Shown here piece after piece: positions 49,391-58,458 of a stretch of 64,000 nt of DNA (its first letter is position 1; each line of letters starts with the position of its first letter). The position numbers and the translations under genes were made by a program. The notes beneath the pieces were generated by a model. The model was not told where the DNA came from. It saw only the letters and a program-made list of their open reading frames with translations, and ran no database searches. The stretch covers positions 1,088,001 to 1,152,000 of the forward strand of contig OZ242011.1 of the NCBI GenBank assembly GCA_965204755.1, given 5' to 3'. Origin of the DNA: Candidatus Marinacidobacterium sp. GTDB taxonomy: Bacteria; Acidobacteriota; Vicinamibacteria; Marinacidobacterales; Marinacidobacteraceae.

Positions 49391-50058
49391 CCCGCCCGGA
49401 AGTCCGCCGCCCGGGTGTGGTCGCGGTCTTCGGCGGGACCTTCGACCCGCCCCACTGGGGGCATGTGCGCGCCGCCGAGGCGATCCGCGACCATTTGGGC
49501 GTGGAGGCGGTCTGGCTCGTCCCGGCCGCCGTCCCGCCGCACCGACCCCTCCCGCCGCGGCTCTCCCCCGAACAGCGGCTGAGGCTGGTCGCCGAAGCCG
49601 TCGAAGGCCGGCCCGGTCTCGCCGCCAGCGGGATCGAGATCGAGCGTCCGGGCCCGTCGTTCACCCTGGACACGCTCGACCGCCTCGCGGAAACGCGGCC
49701 CCTTCCTCCCGGCGGCGGCCCTTCGTGCCTCCTGGCGGTCGGCAGCGACGCGTTTCGGGAGATCCGCGCCTGGAGCCGCTGGGAGACCCTCCTGGACCGG
49801 CACCCCGTGGTCGTCGTGAGCCGGCGGGGCTATCCGCTCGACGAAGCGGCAGCCGCGCTGCCGACCCGCTTCCGGGCCGCCGCGACCCGGGATACCGCCG
49901 CCGACCTCACGCCGCCCCGCATCCTGCTCCTCCCCCTGTCGCTGCCCGACCCGGCCTCGGAAGAGATCCGGTCCCGGCTCTCGGAACGACAGCCGATCGC
50001 CGACCTCGTGCCCCCCGCCGTCGCGGACGCCATCAGCGCCCGAAGCCTCTACCGATGA
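49387..50058 (+). CDS. nadD: Nicotinate-nucleotide adenylyltransferase
   Basis: FGGTFDPPHWGH, PAAVPPH, PSFTLDTL, GSDAF..W..W; conserved obg-nadD-rsfS synteny. Confidence 0.93.
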   Translation: MTRPEVRRPGVVAVFGGTFDPPHWGHVRAAEAIRDHLGVEAVWLVPAAVPPHRPLPPRLSPEQRLRLVAEAVEGRPGLAASGIEIERPGPSFTLDTLDRLAETRPLPPGGGPSCLLAVGSDAFREIRAWSRWETLLDRHPVVVVSRRGYPLDEAAAALPTRFRAAATRDTAADLTPPRILLLPLSLPDPASEEIRSRLSERQPIADLVPPAVADAISARSLYR

Positions 50059-50531
50059 GCGGCCGCGCCGCCCCGCCCGAACCGGCCTCGGCGGAACCGG
50101 CCGCGGACGCCTCCCTGCCGGAGTCCGGCCGGCAGGCGAGATTCGCCGCCGGAGTGGCCCTCGCCGAAATGGCGAGCGAAGTCGTGGTGCTGGACCTGCG
50201 CGGCCTGGCTGGCTTCACCGACTTCTTCGTGATCGCCACCGCCGACAGCGAGCGCCGGCGCCGCACCGTCGTCGAGGCGGTGGAGCGCCGGGTCCGGGAA
50301 GAATTCGGGCGGAAACCCACCCACCTGGAGGGCTTCCCCTCGGCCGGTTGGCTGCTCGCGGACTATGTGGACTTCGTGGTCCACATCTTCGCCGGGGAGA
50401 CCCGCGACCTCTACCGACTCGAGCGCCTCTGGGGCGACGCGGAGCGCTGGGTTCCGGAGCGCCCGCCGGCGGACTCCGCACCCGGCGCGACATCGCCGGG
50501 CGGCCGGGGAACCCCGGCGGCGGGCGCGTAG
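50055..50531 (+). CDS. rsfS: Ribosome silencing factor (Iojap)
   Basis: VVLDLR..TDFFVIAT, EG..WLLADYVDFVVHIF..RDLYRLERLWGDA. Confidence 0.95.
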   Translation: MSGRAAPPEPASAEPAADASLPESGRQARFAAGVALAEMASEVVVLDLRGLAGFTDFFVIATADSERRRRTVVEAVERRVREEFGRKPTHLEGFPSAGWLLADYVDFVVHIFAGETRDLYRLERLWGDAERWVPERPPADSAPGATSPGGRGTPAAGA

Positions 50532-50579
50532 AATCGAACCGGCGGGAACGAAGCGGAGCGGGACGGGGGGCAATCGGAA

Positions 50580-51968
50580 GTGGGCGCCCGGACGCTGCTG
50601 TTCCTCGCCGGAATGGTGGTGGCGGCGCTGTTCCTGCTCGCGCTCGTGAACGGGAATTCGCAGCAGGTCACGGTCTCCCTGCCCCTCTTCGTCCCGCTTC
50701 GGACGGAACTGTGGAAGGTCCTGCTCGGCGGGGTGGGGATCGGCGCGGTGGCCGCGCTCGCGCTCGACGGCGCCGGGCGGATGCGGCGTTCGCTGCGGGA
50801 TCGGCGGCTCCGCCGAGGGCGCGAGCAACTCGAGGAAGGCGAGCGGCTCTTCCTCGAAGGCGTGGACGAGATGGCCTCCGGCCGGTTCCGCGAGGCCCTG
50901 CTCAGTTTCGAGGCGGCCGAGGAGTACTCCGGCGCCGATGTGCGGCTGCTCATGCGGAAGGCGGAGTGCCTGACCCGGCTCGACCGCCCGCAGGAAGCCG
51001 CCGCCGCCCTGCTCGAAGCGACGGAAGAGGACCGCAGCCACCGGGGCGTGGCCTATGCCCTCGCGCGGGCGCTGGCCGCCACCGGGGAGACCGAGCGCGC
51101 CCGGACGCTGCTGGAACGAACGGTCCCCGAGGATCCCGAGCCGCCGGTGGCCGCGCTCGGCCGCCTCCGCGACCTGCAGCGCGACGCCGGGGAGATCGCC
51201 GCCGCGCTCGAAACCCAACAGCAGATCCTCTCGCTGACCGCCCCCTCGGAACGGCCGGCGGAGGCCCGCCGGGCCCGGGCGCTCCGGCACGCGCACGGAC
51301 GAGCGCTGCTCGCCGAAGGCGACGCCGCCGAGGCGGTGCGGGTGTTCCGCGCCATCGTGGACGAAGACCCCGCCGCGGTTCCGGCCTGGGTGCGCCTCGG
51401 CGAGGCCTACCTCCGGGGCGGGAACGAGAAGTCGGCGGTCGCCGCCTGGGAACGCGCGTTCGAAGTCACCGGCGCCACCGCGCCGCTGACGGCGCTCCAG
51501 GACTACTACCTCGACCGCACCCGCCCGGAAGACGCCATCGCGCTCTGGAAGCGGGCGATAGAACGCACGAACGGGGGCGCGGCCGCCCAGTACCTGCTCG
51601 GCCGGCTCTACGACCAACTGTTCATGCTCGACGACGCCCTGCGCACTTTCGCCAACCTGCCGCGAACCTCGGCCCCGGCCCTCGCCGCCCGGCTCTCGAA
51701 GATCCTCGAGACCCGGGGCGACCTGCCGCAGGCGGTGGCCCGCGCCCGGGAGGTCCTCGCTTCGCTGCCGGCGCTCTCCGCCGAGTACTCCTGCTCCGGC
51801 TGCGGCGCCCGCTACGAGGACTGGACGGACGCCTGCCGCGCCTGCGGCGCCTACGGCGCGGTCCGGCTGGACTTGGGGGCGCCCGACCCGGAACGCGAGT
51901 CGGAAGCCGCGCCCCCGGCCGAACCGGCGCCCGAGCCGGCGCCGGAGCCGGCCGCCCACCCGGGCTGA
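50580..51968 (+). CDS. LapA-like N-terminus + LapB/YciM-like TPR protein with C-terminal rubredoxin-type Zn site
   Basis: Two N-terminal TM segments (N..QVTVSLP between them), TPR helices, YSCSGCG..WTDACRACG. Confidence 0.75.
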   Translation: MGARTLLFLAGMVVAALFLLALVNGNSQQVTVSLPLFVPLRTELWKVLLGGVGIGAVAALALDGAGRMRRSLRDRRLRRGREQLEEGERLFLEGVDEMASGRFREALLSFEAAEEYSGADVRLLMRKAECLTRLDRPQEAAAALLEATEEDRSHRGVAYALARALAATGETERARTLLERTVPEDPEPPVAALGRLRDLQRDAGEIAAALETQQQILSLTAPSERPAEARRARALRHAHGRALLAEGDAAEAVRVFRAIVDEDPAAVPAWVRLGEAYLRGGNEKSAVAAWERAFEVTGATAPLTALQDYYLDRTRPEDAIALWKRAIERTNGGAAAQYLLGRLYDQLFMLDDALRTFANLPRTSAPALAARLSKILETRGDLPQAVARAREVLASLPALSAEYSCSGCGARYEDWTDACRACGAYGAVRLDLGAPDPERESEAAPPAEPAPEPAPEPAAHPG

Positions 51969-51986
51969 CGCCGGGGAGCCCCGCAG

Positions 51987-52793
51987 GTGGACGGGGCGCG
52001 CGGGCTCCTGCTCCGCGCGAGGGGCCGGCTCGGCCAACTCCTCTTCCCGGGGCCGTGCTGCCTCTGCGACAGCGAACTGGCCGACCCGCTGGAAAGTCCG
52101 GTGTGCGCTGCCTGCCGCCGGGAGTTGCAGGCGCTTCGCGACCCGGCCTGCCCCCGCTGCGGGCTCTTCTACGCCCCGGGAGTGCGGCCGGCGCTCTGCG
52201 GCGGCTGCCGCGCGAAGCCGCCGGCGTTCCGGCTCGCGGTCTCGGCGGCGCCATACGAGGGGCCGTTTCGACGAGCGATCCTCGAACTCAAGTTCGGGCG
52301 GCGCGAACAACTCGCCCCGCTCCTCGCCGCGCCGGCCGCCGAGGCCTATCTCCGCGCCCGGGGCCGGGCGAACGGCGGCGCCGGCGAGGACGACCGGAGC
52401 AGCCCGCCGCCGGCGGCGGTCGTCCCGATCCCGCTGCCGTTCTGGCGGCGAAGGCGGCGGGGTTTCAACCAAGCCGAGTCGCTGGCTCGGACGGTCGCCG
52501 GGTCGCTCGGGCTGCCGCTCGCGCTCGGGATCCTCCGGAAAAAACACCGGCCGGCGCAGACCAGCCTGCCGCCGAGCGCCCGCGCCGCGAACGCCCGCGG
52601 CGCGTTCCGGGCGCGCCGGCTGCCCGAACGGCTGGTCGGGCGGCCGCTCCTGCTGGTGGACGATGTGTTCACCACCGGGGCGACCGTCGCCGCCGCAGCC
52701 CGGCGCCTCGCGCGCGCCGGCGCGGGGCCGCTGGATGTGCTGACCGCGGCGCGCGCGCCCACCGTCGGCGCCGCCTCCAAGCCGCGCGACTGA
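51987..52793 (+). CDS. comF: ComF family double zinc ribbon + phosphoribosyltransferase-like protein
   Basis: LFPGPCCLC..VCAAC..CPRCG..CGGC, VVPIPL..RGFNQAE, LLVDDVFTTGAT. Confidence 0.92.
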   Translation: MDGARGLLLRARGRLGQLLFPGPCCLCDSELADPLESPVCAACRRELQALRDPACPRCGLFYAPGVRPALCGGCRAKPPAFRLAVSAAPYEGPFRRAILELKFGRREQLAPLLAAPAAEAYLRARGRANGGAGEDDRSSPPPAAVVPIPLPFWRRRRRGFNQAESLARTVAGSLGLPLALGILRKKHRPAQTSLPPSARAANARGAFRARRLPERLVGRPLLLVDDVFTTGATVAAAARRLARAGAGPLDVLTAARAPTVGAASKPRD

Positions 52794-52829
52794 CGCCTTC
52801 CCCGGCTAGGATTTCCGCCGTCCGCCGCC

Positions 52830-53651
52830 GTGCGAGCGTTCCGCTTCCCCGCCGCTTCGGCGGTCTTCCTCCTGCTCCTCCCGGGGGCGGCGGCTCCGGC
52901 GGCGGCGTGGGGGATCGAGGGGCACCGGCTGATCGGAGTGAGGGCGGTCGAGTCGCTGCCCAACCCGCTGAAGGACTACTTCGAGGAGCGCGAGGAGCAC
53001 TTCCTCGAACTGCTCGACGACCCGGCGCGGGGGCGGAGCCCGGCGCGCTTCTTCCTCGAGGCCTACGACGAGTTCCCGTTCTACGATGTGCCGGCCACGC
53101 GCGAGTTGGCGCTGAGGCGGTTCAGCGAGGAGGAGATCTCGGCGAACGGCGACGCGCTCTACCGCTTGCTCGAGGCGTGGGACGCGCTGGTCCTCGCCTT
53201 CGAGGAGAGCGACTTCGAGCAGTCGCTGGAGCGCGCCAGCGATGTCACCCACCTGGTGAGCGAACTCGGCGTCCCCCCGAATGTCTCGAACATCGGCGAC
53301 GGCCAGCCGACGCGGCAGGAGGGTTTGGCCCGCCGGTTCGACACGCAACTCACGGACATCTTCGCGGACCGGTTGCGGGTGAACCGGTCGGCCGGCGTCT
53401 ATCTCGACCGACCCGGCGAGTTCATGCGCTCGCTGCCGCTGAAGTCCCATGTGTGGGCGGACAACATCCTGTTCGTGGACGCGCATTCGCGCCGCGGAGT
53501 CGCGGACTACGGCCGGTTCTACATGGACGGGATGTGGGGCGAGTTGGCGGGCGTCGTGGAATCGCTGATGAGCGGCGCCGCGCGGGACTCCGCGAGCCTG
53601 ATCTACACCGCTTGGGTGGCCGCCGGACGCCCCGAGGTTCCGGAGTCCTGA
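52830..53651 (+). CDS. Secreted S1/P1 nuclease / Zn-phospholipase C-like protein
   Basis: Signal peptide followed by mature N-terminus AWGIEGHRLI; helical; C-terminal YTAWVAAGRP; several later metal ligands look degenerate. Confidence 0.65.
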   Translation: MRAFRFPAASAVFLLLLPGAAAPAAAWGIEGHRLIGVRAVESLPNPLKDYFEEREEHFLELLDDPARGRSPARFFLEAYDEFPFYDVPATRELALRRFSEEEISANGDALYRLLEAWDALVLAFEESDFEQSLERASDVTHLVSELGVPPNVSNIGDGQPTRQEGLARRFDTQLTDIFADRLRVNRSAGVYLDRPGEFMRSLPLKSHVWADNILFVDAHSRRGVADYGRFYMDGMWGELAGVVESLMSGAARDSASLIYTAWVAAGRPEVPES

Positions 53652-54328
53652 CCGGCCCCGAGGAGCACCCTTCCGATGCGGCGGGGCCGACGGCGCCGGC
53701 GGGCGAAACGCCCGGCCATCCCGACGAAGACGAGCGGCGAAACGAACTCGACATCGCCGCGATCCGCTCGCTTCGCGCCGGCGACGCGGACCCGAACGCC
53801 GTCTGGACGGAACTCGTCGCGCGGCACCGCGGCCGGCTGTTCTCGCTGGCGTACCGCTTCACCGGGAGATACCACGAAGCGGAAGAACTCACCCACGAGA
53901 TCATCGTGCGCGTGTTCCGCCAGTTGGACCGCTTCGACCCCCGGGCGCACTTCGCGGTGTGGCTCAACTCGGTGGCCCGGAACCACTGTATCGACCACTA
54001 CCGCTCCCGGAGCCGGGAGCGCCAGCGGCTGGTTGCGCAGGAACTCCCGTTCGAGCAGACCGTGGCGAGTCCCCGCCCCGATCCGCAACGCCTCTACGAG
54101 GATCGGGAAACGCGCGAAGAACTGTTGGGCGCCCTCGAGGGCCTCTCGCCGAAACTCCGCGAAGTGCTGCACCTCCGGTTCTTCGAGGAGTTGCCCTACG
54201 AGGAGATCTGCGAACGCCTCGGCGTCCCGGAGGGGACGGTGAAGAGCCGGATCCACCGGGGCCGGGCAGAATTGAAGCGACGCCTCCGCGCACCGCGGAG
54301 CCGGGATCCGGAGAGCCGCGCCCGATGA
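53648..54328 (+). CDS. ECF RNA polymerase sigma factor (probable CTG start)
   Basis: Region 2 LFSLAYRF..AEELTHEIIVRVF..FAVWLNSVARNHCIDHYR; region 4 LSPKLREVL..YEEICERLGVPEGTVKSRIHRGR. Confidence 0.9.
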   Translation: MTGPEEHPSDAAGPTAPAGETPGHPDEDERRNELDIAAIRSLRAGDADPNAVWTELVARHRGRLFSLAYRFTGRYHEAEELTHEIIVRVFRQLDRFDPRAHFAVWLNSVARNHCIDHYRSRSRERQRLVAQELPFEQTVASPRPDPQRLYEDRETREELLGALEGLSPKLREVLHLRFFEELPYEEICERLGVPEGTVKSRIHRGRAELKRRLRAPRSRDPESRAR

Positions 54329-54696
54329 AGACCACCATCCACCTCGAACTCCGCACCGAAGGCGGCGTCACCGTCGCCGTGCTGCGCGAGGCCCGACTCG
54401 TGTACGCCGGACTCGACTCCTTCGTGGAGCAGGTCTCCGGCAGTTTGGAGGCGCCGGGGCCGCTCCTCGCGCTCGACCTCAGCGCGGTGAACTACATCGA
54501 CTCCGCCGCGATCGGCTGCCTCATGGACCTCTACCGGCGGGCCGCCGGGAAAAACGGCGCGCTCGCGATCGCCGGACTGCAGGAGCGCGTGGAGCGGATG
54601 CTGCGGATGACCGGCGCCCACGAGTTCATCGCGCTCCACGAAAGCGCCGCCGCGGCGGTGGAAGCGCTCCGCAGCGCGGTGGAGGAGCCGTCGTGA
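54325..54696 (+). CDS. STAS-domain anti-sigma-factor antagonist
   Basis: LDLSAVNYIDSAAIGCL (phosphorylatable Ser), LQERVERMLRMTG. Confidence 0.9.
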   Translation: MKTTIHLELRTEGGVTVAVLREARLVYAGLDSFVEQVSGSLEAPGPLLALDLSAVNYIDSAAIGCLMDLYRRAAGKNGALAIAGLQERVERMLRMTGAHEFIALHESAAAAVEALRSAVEEPS

Positions 54697-54983
54697 CGCG
54701 CTCCCTCGTCATGCGCGGCGGGCGCGAGATCACGCTCGACGGCGACCTGCTGGAGATCCTGGAAGCGCTCTACCGCGAGGTCTCGGTCCGGAGCGAGTTC
54801 AAGAACACCTATGAAACGATGATGCAGGAGATCAGCCACATCGTGGACTCCATGGAGGCCGACGAACGGCGCCGGTACCTCATCGAGAGCCTGTTCCTGA
54901 ACATCGTCCGCTACGAGAACGAGCGGCTCGCCGCCTTCCTCAAGATGGTCGAAACCGGCGGCGACCGGAACGACTCGGACTGA
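54693..54983 (+). CDS. Conserved-looking hypothetical protein, 96 aa
   Basis: Good codon usage, GTGA overlap with the STAS gene, helical acidic sequence. Confidence 0.75.
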   Translation: MTRSLVMRGGREITLDGDLLEILEALYREVSVRSEFKNTYETMMQEISHIVDSMEADERRRYLIESLFLNIVRYENERLAAFLKMVETGGDRNDSD

Positions 54984-54995
54984 ACCCGGACCGGC

Positions 54996-55598
54996 ATGAA
55001 GACGGGAAGGCGCCCTCTCGCCGCGGCGGCGGCAGTGCTGGCCGGCGCCGGCCTCGCCGCCGCGGGCGGCTCGGTATTCGCCGCCGGCGGTTCGGTATTC
55101 GCCGCCGGCGCCGGGGCGGCGGAGACCGCGGCGCAGCGCGGCCCCCGGCTCGAAGTGGAGCCGGAGGAATGGGACTTCGGCAACGCCGGCCCGGGGGAAA
55201 CCCTCGAGCGCGACTTCGTCCTGAAGAACACCGGCAATCGGGAACTGGTGCTCGGGCGTATCGCTTCCGCCTGCGCCTGCGCCGCCGCCGTGGTGGGAAC
55301 CGAGGTGCTCCCGCCCGGCGCGGAAACCCTGCTGCGGGTCACGCTGGAGACCCGGCAGTACCGCGGCATCCTGGAGCGCTGGCTCACGATCACCTCGAAC
55401 GACCGCCGGGGCGCGAAGCGGGTGAAACTGCGCGTCTATATCGAAGACCGCGCCTCTCAGCGGCCCACGATGAGCAGGTACGCCCAGTTCGCGGCCAGCG
55501 CGGCGAGCCCGGCGGCGAGCGCCGCTCGCCCGGCGCGAAACCAGGGCGGCGTCTTCCCCAGGACGAGCAGCGCGCCGGTGGCAGCGAGCCAGCCGTGA
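54996..55598 (+). CDS. DUF1573 Ig-like secreted protein
   Basis: Signal peptide, WDFG..FVLKNTGNRELVL..SACAC..LPPG..TITSND. Confidence 0.8.
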   Translation: MKTGRRPLAAAAAVLAGAGLAAAGGSVFAAGGSVFAAGAGAAETAAQRGPRLEVEPEEWDFGNAGPGETLERDFVLKNTGNRELVLGRIASACACAAAVVGTEVLPPGAETLLRVTLETRQYRGILERWLTITSNDRRGAKRVKLRVYIEDRASQRPTMSRYAQFAASAASPAASAARPARNQGGVFPRTSSAPVAASQP

Positions 55599-55897
55599 AG
55601 CAGCGCGGCTCCCGGGTTCCAGCGGAACGCTCCGAACAGGTCACCGCGGCCGAGCGCCGCGGTGGCCCGGAAGCCGCCGCAGAACGGGCACGGAATCCCG
55701 AAGACGACCTTGACGCCGCAGAGTTCGGGAAAGTCGGACGGCCCGCCGCGTCCGGCGGCGAACGCCGCCCAGAGCCGGTCGCTCAGCGCGTCGAGCAGCG
55801 GCGCCGCGAGCACCACCGTCGCGGTCAGGGCGAGGAGCGCCGCCCCCGCGCGGCGCTCGCCGCTTCGGGGACTCGCCGGCGGGATCACTCCGGGCAT
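55457..55897 (-). CDS. DUF2752 membrane protein
   Basis: LCGVKVVFGIPCPFCGGFRA..GDLFGAFRWNP; TM segments. Confidence 0.85.
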   Translation of the reverse strand: MPGVIPPASPRSGERRAGAALLALTATVVLAAPLLDALSDRLWAAFAAGRGGPSDFPELCGVKVVFGIPCPFCGGFRATAALGRGDLFGAFRWNPGAALLHGWLAATGALLVLGKTPPWFRAGRAALAAGLAALAANWAYLLIVGR

Positions 55898-56042
55898 TAT
55901 CCGGGGCGGCGCGCTTCGGCGGGCGAGTCGAGTTCGGGACGGCGCGCGCTCCGTCCGCTGACGGCCCCCGCCCGCGCGGCCGAACGGCCCGCGGTTCGGC
56001 CGCTCGGCCGCTCTTCCCGAGACCGGTAGCGGAGGGCGCGGA

Positions 56043-58406
56043 GTGGCGGCCAAGACCTCGGCCGCCCGCGCCCTCTTCGCCGACGAAACGCCGGCGCCGC
56101 AGGTCGTGGACCTCGCCGAGGTCACCCGGGAGCGCTACCGCACCTATGCGCTCTCGGTCATCACCGCGCGGGCGCTTCCCGATGTCCGCGACGGCCTGAA
56201 ACCGGTCCAGCGCCGCATCCTCACCACGATGTGGCGGCAGGGCCTGAAGGCGGACGGCCGATTCCGCAAGTGCGCCAAGGTGGTCGGCGATGTGATGGGG
56301 GCCTACCACCCCCACGGCGACTCCGCGATCTACGAAGCGCTGGTGCGCATGGCCCAGCCGTTCTCCTCCCGGCTCCCGCTCGTCGAAGGCGCGGGCAACT
56401 TCGGCTCGCTCGACGGCGACCCGGCGGCCGCCATGCGATACACCGAATGCCGCCTGGCGGCGGCGGCGAACGAAGTCCTGGCCGACTTCGCGGCGAACAC
56501 CGTCCCGGAGCGGCCGACCTACGACGGCGCCCGAACCGAGCCGGTGGTGCTGCCCACCCGACTGCCGCTCCTGCTCGTGAACGGCTCGACCGGGATCGCG
56601 GTCGGCGTCGCCACTTCGATCCCGCCGCACAACCTGGTCGAAGTCACCGACGCGCTGCTCGCCCTCCTCGACGACGAGTCGCTCGGCAGCCGCGAACTCG
56701 CCCGGATCGTTCGCGGGCCGGACTTCCCCACCGGCGGGGAGATCCTCGATTCCGCCGAAGACCTCGCCGGGATCTACGAACGCGGGCGCGGCGCGGTGCG
56801 CGTCCGGGCGAAGGTCGAGGAGAGCGGCGCCCGGCGCAACATCCGCACGCTCACGATCACCTCGGTTCCCTACGGCGTCAACAAGGCGCAACTCGTCGAG
56901 CGGCTGGGCGAGATCGCCGCCGACCGCGCGCTGCCCCAACTGCTCGAAGTGAGCGACCTGTCCACCGACGATGTGCGCATCCAGTTGGAGGTCCGGAAGG
57001 ACGCCGACCCGGCCAAGGTGCTCGCCTACCTCTACAAGCGGACGCCGCTGCAATCGAACTTCACGGTGGACCTGACCTGCCTCCGGTTCGACCGCTCGCC
57101 GGGAGGCGCGCCGGAACGCGTGGGACTGAGGACGCTCCTGGCGGACTTCCTCGCGTTCCGCCGCGAGGTCGTCAGGAAGCGGCTCGAAGACGAACGGAGC
57201 AAACTCGAGGCGCGGCTCCGGGTTCTCGAAGGCTTCCGCATCGTCTTCGACGCGCTCGACCGCGTGCTCGAGATCGTACGCGCCTCCGACGGCAAGGCGG
57301 ACGCCGCGAGAAAGATCATGGCCGAGTTGCCCCTCGACGAGCAGCAGACCGACGCCATCCTCGAACTCAAGATCTACCGGTTGGCGAAGTTGGAGATCCG
57401 GGTCGTCCTCGAAGAGATGCGCAAGCGGAAGAAGCGCCTCCGCGAGGTGAAGAAACTCCTGTCCGGCGAAACCGGCGTCACCGGCGTCGTGCGCGAAGAA
57501 CTGCGGGAGATCCGCGAGAAGTACCGGGAGACCGAAACCCGGCGCACGGCGATCGGCAACGGCGCGGTGGAAACGGACTACGCGGAAGAGGACTTCATCG
57601 TCGCCGAGAACGCGGATGTGATGCTCACCCGCGACGGATGGATTCGGCGCCAGCGCGAAATCACCGACCGCGAGAAGTTGCGGATCCGGGAGGGGGACGC
57701 GCTGCTGGGGCTGGAACGCGCCAGCACGCGCGCTCCGCTCGCGCTCTTCTCCTCGCTGGGCGCCGCGTTCACGCTCCGCGCGGTGGGCGTCCCGGCGACG
57801 GCCGGCTACGGCGAGCCGGTGCAGAAGCACTTCGCCCTCCGGGACAACGAGCGGATCGTGCGGATGCTGAGCCTCGACGAACGGCTCCCGGCCGGAATGG
57901 GCGCCCGGGGAAAGAGGGCGAAGAAGGAAGACGAGATGCCGACGCACGCGCTCGCCGTGACCCGGGGCGGGTACGCGTTCCGCTTCCGGCTCGACGCCTG
58001 CCTCGAACCCTCGAACCGCAACGGACGCAAGTACGCGCGGCTCAAGAAGAACGACGAAGTGCTCGGCGTGGGACTCGCGACCGGCTCGGAGACCCTCGTC
58101 GTGGTCACGCGGAGCGGCCGGGCGCTTCTCTGCGATGTCGAAGAGATCAACCTGCTCTCCGGCCCCGGGCTCGGCGTCAAGGCCATCTCCCTGGCCCCCG
58201 GCGACCGGGTGATCGGGTTCCACCTGGCCCGCCGCCGGACGGACGCCCTGCGCGTGCGAACCGCCGGCGGGAAGAGCCGCCTGATCGCGCCGGGCACGCA
58301 CCAGGTGGGCGCCCGGGGCCGCAAGGGCGCGCCCGTCGTCAAGGGCGGCTTCTCGGAAGTGGAAACCGAAATCGAAGAGTTGCCGGAACTCCCCGCCCCG
58401 GCATGA
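56043..58406 (+). CDS. parC: Type IIA topoisomerase subunit A (topo IV ParC-like)
   Basis: [42 protein letters not shown] (catalytic Tyr), [13 protein letters not shown]; no canonical GyrA-box after the tower domain. Confidence 0.85.
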   Translation: MAAKTSAARALFADETPAPQVVDLAEVTRERYRTYALSVITARALPDVRDGLKPVQRRILTTMWRQGLKADGRFRKCAKVVGDVMGAYHPHGDSAIYEALVRMAQPFSSRLPLVEGAGNFGSLDGDPAAAMRYTECRLAAAANEVLADFAANTVPERPTYDGARTEPVVLPTRLPLLLVNGSTGIAVGVATSIPPHNLVEVTDALLALLDDESLGSRELARIVRGPDFPTGGEILDSAEDLAGIYERGRGAVRVRAKVEESGARRNIRTLTITSVPYGVNKAQLVERLGEIAADRALPQLLEVSDLSTDDVRIQLEVRKDADPAKVLAYLYKRTPLQSNFTVDLTCLRFDRSPGGAPERVGLRTLLADFLAFRREVVRKRLEDERSKLEARLRVLEGFRIVFDALDRVLEIVRASDGKADAARKIMAELPLDEQQTDAILELKIYRLAKLEIRVVLEEMRKRKKRLREVKKLLSGETGVTGVVREELREIREKYRETETRRTAIGNGAVETDYAEEDFIVAENADVMLTRDGWIRRQREITDREKLRIREGDALLGLERASTRAPLALFSSLGAAFTLRAVGVPATAGYGEPVQKHFALRDNERIVRMLSLDERLPAGMGARGKRAKKEDEMPTHALAVTRGGYAFRFRLDACLEPSNRNGRKYARLKKNDEVLGVGLATGSETLVVVTRSGRALLCDVEEINLLSGPGLGVKAISLAPGDRVIGFHLARRRTDALRVRTAGGKSRLIAPGTHQVGARGRKGAPVVKGGFSEVETEIEELPELPAPA

Positions 58407-58458
58407 TCCCACCGGCGCCGATCCCGGCGCCTCCGCCCCCTCTCCTCCCGCGACAGCG

